A stretch of 64,000 nucleotides of DNA from NCBI RefSeq assembly GCF_009914755.1, contig NC_060939.1; one strand, written 5' to 3'. The notes under the pieces were generated by a model, which was not told where the DNA came from, searched no databases, and worked only from the letters and a program-made list of their open reading frames with translations. Origin of the DNA: the human T2T-CHM13v2.0 reference genome, Homo sapiens. Below, one piece after another: positions 56,271 to 64,000 of the stretch (positions within the stretch are counted from its first letter, which is position 1; the number at the start of each line of letters is the position of its first letter). Position numbers and translations under genes: made by a program.

Positions 56271-59200
56271 ATTTTATTCCAGTCCACTGCATTCTGGTCC
56301 ATTCCATTTGATTCCATTCCATTCTATTCCATTCCATACAGTTGCATTCCATTGAACTCCATTGTATATCTATAAATTCAATTCGAGACCATTGCTTTTG
56401 AGTCCATTCTATATGATTCCATTCCATTCAAGTCCATTACATTTGGTTCAATTCCATTCCATTCCATTCCCTTCCATTCCATTCCAGTTGATATCAATCC
56501 ATTCGATTCCATTCCATTCGAGCACATTCCATTCGAGTCCATTCCATTCGATGCCATTCCATTTGATTCTATTCCATTAGTCTCCATTCAATTCCATTAA
56601 TCTGCATTCCATTCCATTCTACTCCAACTGATTCCATTCCATTCTATTCCTTTCCATTCCATTTCATTCCATTCCATTCCATTTCATTCCATTCCATTCC
56701 ATTCCATTCCATTCGCTTCCATTCCATTCGTGTCCATTGCATTCCAGTCCATTCCATTTGTGTCCACTGCATTCCATTCCACTCCATTCCATATTATTCC
56801 ATTACACTCCATTCCATTCTATTACTTTCATTTCCATTGAATTCCATTCCATTTGATTCCATTCCACTCGGTTTCATTCCATTTGAGTCCACTCCACTCC
56901 ATTCCATTCCATTCCATTCCATTCAGTTCCATTCCATTCTGTTCCATTCCATTCCGTTCCATTGCATTCCATTCCATTCGGTACCATTCCATATTGTTCC
57001 ATTCGATTCCATTCGAATCCATTCCATTCCAGTCCATTCCATTCGATTCCATTCCATTCCTTTCAATTCCATTCCATTCCATTCCATTCCACTTGATTCC
57101 ACTCCATTCCCTTCCACTGCATTCCATTGCATTGCATTCCATTCCATTGGACTGCATTCCATTCGATTCCATTCCATTCGAATCAATTACATAGCAATCC
57201 ATTACATTCGAGTCTATTCTATTCCGTTCCATTCGATTTCGTTCCAATCCATTCGATTCCATTCCATTCGATTCCATTCCATACTATTGCATTCCATTCT
57301 ATTACATTATATTCGAATAAGTTCCATTCAAGACCATTTCTTTTGAGTCCATTCTATTTGAGTCCATTCCCTTTGATTCCATAACATTTGAGTCCATTCA
57401 ATTCCATTCCTTTCGTTTCCATTCCATTTGATGCCATTCCATTCAATTCTGTTCTACTCGACTCCAATACATTCAATTCCATTCCATCCGATTCCATTAC
57501 ATTCTTTTCATTTCTTATCCATTTCAAGCCATTCCACTCCATTCCATTCCACTCGTTTCCTTTCCATTCGAGTCCATTCCTCTCCAGTCCATTCCGTTCA
57601 ATCCATTCCATTCCAGTCCATTCCATTCGAGTCTGTTCCATTCCAGTCCATTCCATTCGAGTCAATTCCATCCCATTCGATGTCTTTCCATAACGATCCA
57701 TTCCATTCTATTCCTTTCGATTCCATTCCATTCTATTTCATTCCATTCGATTCCCTTCCATTGGACTCCTTTCCATTCGAGTGCATTCCATTCCGTTCCA
57801 TTTCTTTCCGTTCTGTACGATTCCTACCGTTCGATTTCATTTTCTTCCAGTCCATTCTTTCGCGTCCATTCCATTCCATTTCACTCCATTCGATTCCATT
57901 CCACTCGATTCCACTTCGTTCCATTTCATTGCATTCCATTCTATTCAACTCTATTGCCTTCCATTCCATTCCATTCGATTACATTCCATGCGATTCCATT
58001 CGAAATCGAATCAATTACATTGCAATCCATTACTATTGAGTCCGTTTTATTCCAGTCCACTGCATTCTGGTCCATTCCATTTGATTCCATTCCATTCTAT
58101 TCCATTCCATACAGTTGCATTCCATTGGATTCCATGCTATATCTATAAATTCAATTCGAGACCATTGCTTTTGAGTCCATTCTATATGATTCCATTCCAT
58201 TCAAGTCCATTACATTTGGTTAAATTCCATTCCATTCGGTTCAATTCCATTCCATTCCATTCCCTTCCATTCCATTCCAGTTGATATCAATCCATTCGAT
58301 TCCATTCCATTCGAGCACATTCCATTCGAGTCCATTCCATTCGATGCCATTCCATTTGATTCTATTCCATTAGTCTCCATTCAATTCCATTAATCTCCAT
58401 TCCATTCCATTCTACTCCAACTGATTCCATTCCATTCTGTTCCTTTCCATTCCATTTCATTCCATTCCATTCCATTCCATTCCATTCCATTCCATTCGTG
58501 TCCATTCCACTCCAGTCCATTCCATTCGTATCCATTCCATTCCAGTCCATTCCATTTGTGTCCACTGCATTCCATTCCACTTCATTCCATATTATTCCAT
58601 TACACTCCATTCCATTCTATTACTTTCATTTCCATTCAATTCCATTCCATTTGATTCCATTCCACTCGGTTTCATTCCATTTGAGTCCACTCCATTCCAT
58701 TCCATTCCATTCAGTTCCATTCCATTCTGTTCCATTCCATTCCGTTCCGTTACATTCCATTCCATTCGGTACCATTCCATATTGTTCCATTCGATTCCAT
58801 TCGAATCCATTCCATTCCAGTCCATTCCATTCGATTTCATTCCATTCATTTCAATTCCATTCCATTCCATTCCATTACATTCCACTTGATTCCTCTCCAT
58901 TCCCTTCCACTGCATTCCGTTCGATTCCATTCCATTGCATTGCATTCCATTCCATTGGATTGCATTCCATTCGATTCCATTCCATTCGAATCAATTACAT
59001 AGCAATCCATTACATTCGAGTCTATTCTCTTCCGTTCCATTCGATTTCGTTCCAATCCATTCGATTCCATTCCATTCGATTCCATTCCATACTATTGCAT
59101 TCCATTCGATTACATTATATTCGAATAAGTTCCATTCAAGACCATTTCTTTTGAGTCCATTCTATTTGAGTCCATTCCCTTTGATTCCATAACATTTGAG

Positions 59201-62200
59201 TCCATTCAATTCCATTCCTTTCGTTTCCATTCCATTTGATGCCATTCCATTCAATTCTGTTCTACTCGACTCCAATACATTCAATTCCATTCCATCCGAT
59301 TCCATTACATTCTTTTCATTTCTTATCCATTTCAAGCCATTCCACTCCATTCCATTCCACTCGTTTCCTTTCCATTCGAGTCCATTCCTCTCCAGTCCAT
59401 TCCGTTCAATCCATTCCATTCCAGTCCATTCCATTCGAGTCCGTTCCATTCCAGTCCATTCCATTCGAGTCAATTCCATTCCATTTGATGTCTTTCCATA
59501 ACGATCCATTCCATTCTATTCCTTTCGATTCCATTCCATTCTATTTCATTCCATTCGATTCCCTTCCATTGGACTCCTTTCCATTCGAGTGCATTCCATT
59601 CCGTTCCATTTCTTTCCGTTCTGTACGATTCCTACCGTTCGATTTCATTTTGTTCCAGTCCATTCTTTCGCGTCCATTCCATTCCATTTCACTCCATTCG
59701 ATTCCATTCCACTCGATTCCACTTCGTTCCATTTCATTGCATTCCATTCTATTCAACTCTATTGCCTTCCATTCCATTCCATTCCATTACATTCCATGCG
59801 ATTCCATTCGAAATCGAATCAATTACATTGCAATCCATTACTATTGAGTCCATTTTATTCCAGTCCACTGCATTCTGGTCCATTCCATTTGATTCCATTC
59901 CATTCTATTCCATTCCATACAGTTGCATTCCATTGAACTCCATTGTATATCTATAAATTCAATTCGAGACCATTGCTTTTGAGTCCATTCTATATGATTC
60001 CATTCCATTCAAGTCCATTACATTTGGTTCAATTCCATTCCATTCCATTCCCTTCCATTCCATTCCAGTTGATATCAATCCATTCGATTCCATTCCATTC
60101 GAGCACATTCCATTCGAGTCCATTCCATTCGATGCCATTCCATTTGATTCTATTCCATTAGTCTCCATTCAATTCCATTAATCTGCATTCCATTCCATTC
60201 TACTCCAACTGATTCCATTCCATTCTATTCCTTTCCATTCCATTTCATTCCATTCCATTCCATTTCATTCCATTCCATTCCATTCCATTCCATTCGCTTC
60301 CATTCCATTCGTGTCCATTGCATTCCAGTCCATTCCATTTGTGTCCACTGCATTCCATTCCACTCCATTCCATATTATTCCATTACACTCCATTCCATTC
60401 TATTACTTTCATTTCCATTGAATTCCATTCCATTTGATTCCATTCCACTCGGTTTCATTCCATTTGAGTCCACTCCACTCCATTCCATTCCATTCCATTC
60501 CATTCAGTTCCATTCCATTCTGTTCCATTCCATTCCGTTCCATTGCATTCCATTCCATTCGGTACCATTCCATATTGTTCCATTCGATTCCATTCGAATC
60601 CATTCCATTCCAGTCCATTCCATTCGATTCCATTCCATTCCTTTCAATTCCATTCCATTCCATTCCATTCCACTTGATTCCACTCCATTCCCTTCCACTG
60701 CATTCCATTGCATTGCATTCCATTCCATTGGACTGCATTCCATTCGATTCCATTCCATTCGAATCAATTACATAGCAATCCATTACATTCGAGTCTATTC
60801 TATTCCGTTCCATTCGATTTCGTTCCAATCCATTCGATTCCATTCCATTCGATTCCATTCCATACTATTGCATTCCATTCTATTACATTATATTCGAATA
60901 AGTTCCATTCAAGACCATTTCTTTTGAGTCCATTCTATTTGAGTCCATTCCCTTTGATTCCATAACATTTGAGTCCATTCAATTCCATTCCTTTCGTTTC
61001 CATTCCATTTGATGCCATTCCATTCAATTCTGTTCTACTCGACTCCAATACATTCAATTCCATTCCATCCGATTCCATTACATTCTTTTCATTTCTTATC
61101 CATTTCAAGCCATTCCACTCCATTCCATTCCACTCGTTTCCTTTCCATTCGAGTCCATTCCTCTCCAGTCCATTCCGTTCAATCCATTCCATTCCAGTCC
61201 ATTCCATTCGAGTCTGTTCCATTCCAGTCCATTCCATTCGAGTCAATTCCATCCCATTCGATGTCTTTCCATAACGATCCATTCCATTCTATTCCTTTCG
61301 ATTCCATTCCATTCTATTTCATTCCATTCGATTCCCTTCCATTGGACTCCTTTCCATTCGAGTGCATTCCATTCCGTTCCATTTCTTTCCGTTCTGTACG
61401 ATTCCTACCGTTCGATTTCATTTTCTTCCAGTCCATTCTTTCGCGTCCATTCCATTCCATTTCACTCCATTCGATTCCATTCCACTCGATTCCACTTCGT
61501 TCCATTTCATTGCATTCCATTCTATTCAACTCTATTGCCTTCCATTCCATTCCATTCGATTACATTCCATGCGATTCCATTCGAAATCGAATCAATTACA
61601 TTGCAATCCATTACTATTGAGTCCGTTTTATTCCAGTCCACTGCATTCTGGTCCATTCCATTTGATTCCATTCCATTCTATTCCATTCCATACAGTTGCA
61701 TTCCATTGGATTCCATGCTATATCTATAAATTCAATTCGAGACCATTGCTTTTGAGTCCATTCTATATGATTCCATTCCATTCAAGTCCATTACATTTGG
61801 TTAAATTCCATTCCATTCGGTTCAATTCCATTCCATTCCATTCCCTTCCATTCCATTCCAGTTGATATCAATCCATTCGATTCCATTCCATTCGAGCACA
61901 TTCCATTCGAGTCCATTCCATTCGATGCCATTCCATTTGATTCTATTCCATTAGTCTCCATTCAATTCCATTAATCTCCATTCCATTCCATTCTACTCCA
62001 ACTGATTCCATTCCATTCTGTTCCTTTCCATTCCATTTCATTCCATTCCATTCCATTCCATTCCATTCCATTCCATTCCATTCGTGTCCATTCCACTCCA
62101 GTCCATTCCATTCGTATCCATTCCATTCCAGTCCATTCCATTTGTGTCCACTGCATTCCATTCCACTCCATTCCATATTATTCCATTACACTCCATTCCA

Positions 62201-62340
62201 TTCTATTACTTTCATTTCCATTCAATTCCATTCCATTTGATTCCATTCCACTCGGTTTCATTCCATTTGAGTCCACTCCATTCCATTCCATTCCATTCAG
62301 TTCCATTCCATTCTGTTCCATTCCATTCCGTTCCGTTACA
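56271..62340 (+). repeat. Duplication with a two-unit period (3581-3586 bp) that carries a divergent unit
   Basis: Private variants ATTGAACTCC (56351/59932), TCTGCATTCC (56601/60182), ATTCGCTTCC (56711/60292), GTCTGTTCC (57631/61212) and TTCTGTTCCTTTCC (~58435/~62016) recur at 3581 bp. Confidence 0.92.
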
Positions 62341-64000
62341 TTCCATTCCATTCGGTACCATTCCATATTGTTCCATTCGATTCCATTCGAATCCATTCCA
62401 TTCCAGTCCATTCCATTCGATTCCATTCCATTCCTTTCAATTCCATTCCATTCCATTCCATTACATTCCACTTGATTCCTCTCCATTCCCTTCCACTGCA
62501 TTCCGTTCGATTCCATTCCATTGCATTGCATTCCATTCCATTGGATTGCATTCCATTCGATTCCATTCCATTCGAATCAATTACATAGCAATCCATTACA
62601 TTCGAGTCTATTCTCTTCCGTTCCATTCGATTTCGTTCCAATCCATTCGATTCCATTCCATTCGATTCCATTCCATACTATTGCATTCCATTCGATTACA
62701 TTATATTCGAATAAGTTCCATTCAAGACCATTTCTTTTGAGTCCATTCTATTTGAGTCCATTCCCTTTGATTCCATAACATTTGAGTCCATTCAATTCCA
62801 TTCCTTTCGTTTCCATTCCATTTGATGCCATTCCATTCAATTCTGTTCTACTCGACTCCAATACATTCAATTCCATTCCATCCGATTCCATTACATTCTT
62901 TTCATTTCTTATCCATTTCAAGCCATTCCACTCCATTCCATTCCACTCGTTTCCTTTCCATTCGAGTCCATTCCTCTCCAGTCCATTCCGTTCAATCCAT
63001 TCCATTCCAGTCCATTCCATTCGAGTCCGTTCCATTCCAGTCCATTCCATTCGAGTCAATTCCATTCCATTCGATGTCTTTCCATAACGATCCATTCCAT
63101 TCTATTCCTTTCGATTCCATTCCATTCTATTTCATTCCATTCGATTCCCTTCCATTGGACTCCTTTCCATTCGAGTGCATTCCATTCCGTTCCATTTCTT
63201 TCCGTTCTGTACGATTCCTACCGTTCGATTTCATTTTGTTCCAGTCCATTCCTTTCGCGTCCATTCCATTCCATTTCACTCCATTCGATTCCATTCCACT
63301 CGATTCCACTTCGTTCCATTTCATTGCATTCCATTCTATTCAACTCTATTGCCTTCCATTCCATTCCATTCGATTACATTCCATGCGATTCCATTCGAAA
63401 TCGAATCAATTACATTGCAAACCATTACTATTGAGTCCGTTTTATTCCAGTCCACTGCATTCTGGTCCATTCCATTTGATTCCATTCCATTCTATTCCAT
63501 TCCATACAGTTGCATTCCATTGGATTCCATGCTATATCTATAAATTCAATTCGAGACCATTGCTTTTGAGTCCATTCTATATGATTCCATTCCATTCAAG
63601 TCCATTACATTTGGTTCAATTCCATTCCATTCGGTTCAATTCCATTCCATTCCATTCCCTTCCATTCCATTCCAGTTGATATCAATCCATTCGATTCCAT
63701 TCCATTCGAGCACATTCCATTCGAGTCCATTCCATTCGATGCCATTCCATTTGATTCTATTCCATTAGTCTCCATTCAATTCCATTAATCTCCATTCCAT
63801 TCCATTCTACTCCAACTGATTCCATTCCATTCTATTCCTTTCCATTCCATTTCATTCCATTCCATTCCATTCCATTCCATTCCATTCCATTCGTGACCAT
63901 TCCACTCCAGTCCATTCCATTCGTATCCATTCCATTCCAGTCCATTCCATTTGTGTCCACTGCATTCCATTCCACTCCATTCCATATTATTCCATTACAC

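Larger units (their letters stand above)
1..64000 (+). repeat. Human satellite III (HSat3) array of diverged (CATTC)n, C-rich strand on +; probably the 1.8-kb KpnI family D15Z1
   Basis: Continuous CATTC pentamers with variants (CATTT, GATTC, GAGTC, CAGTC) over the whole window, with no unique sequence. Long pure CATTC runs favour HSat3 over HSat2. A 1.8-kb KpnI-defined Sat III unit is the established description of D15Z1. The HSat3 call is near certain; the locus name is less so (~0.75). Confidence 0.97.

Noticed and set aside
1-64000. CRISPR array or other repeat-spacer system
   Set aside because: There are no unique spacers and no cas-like or enzyme ORFs; sequence between landmarks is near-identical from unit to unit.
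1-64000. Inversion or transposon (Alu/L1) insertion
   Set aside because: I saw no switch to GGAAT on the + strand, no poly(A) tail and no non-satellite segment. Landmark spacings leave no room for an insert beyond the two internal duplications.
1-64000. Assignment to HSat2 (also ~1.8-kb units on chr1) or to DYZ1
   Set aside because: The sequence lacks the HSat2 CATTCGATGATGAT-type motifs and has long pure CATTC runs. The basic period is 1.8 kb, not 3.56 kb.

Overview
The whole 64-kb window is one uninterrupted, single-orientation array of classical human satellite III (HSat3): diverged (CATTC)n on the + strand, (GAATG)n on the - strand. The pentamers form about 35.5 copies of a ~1.8-kb higher-order unit (modal 1808 bp, range 1773-1818 bp, plus two 2158-bp variants), with a KpnI site (GGTACC) and an EcoRV site (GATATC) at fixed positions. 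This matches the 1.8-kb KpnI satellite III family D15Z1 (mainly chromosome 15p), but the chromosome assignment is inferred, not shown. I see no genes, RNA genes, transposon insertions, CRISPR arrays or inversions. The listed ORFs are pentamer-translation artefacts (poly-HSIPF and poly-MEWNG). I found no credible new coding system. The informative signal is the array's history: an ancient ~0.83/0.97-kb dimer inside each unit; two 2158-bp units made by a crossover between pure CATTC tracts; recent 1-unit and 2-unit duplications; two interleaved unit subtypes with chimeras; and an ordered run of variants that recurs ~47.5 kb away. Coordinates and variant lists were read by eye and are not exhaustive.
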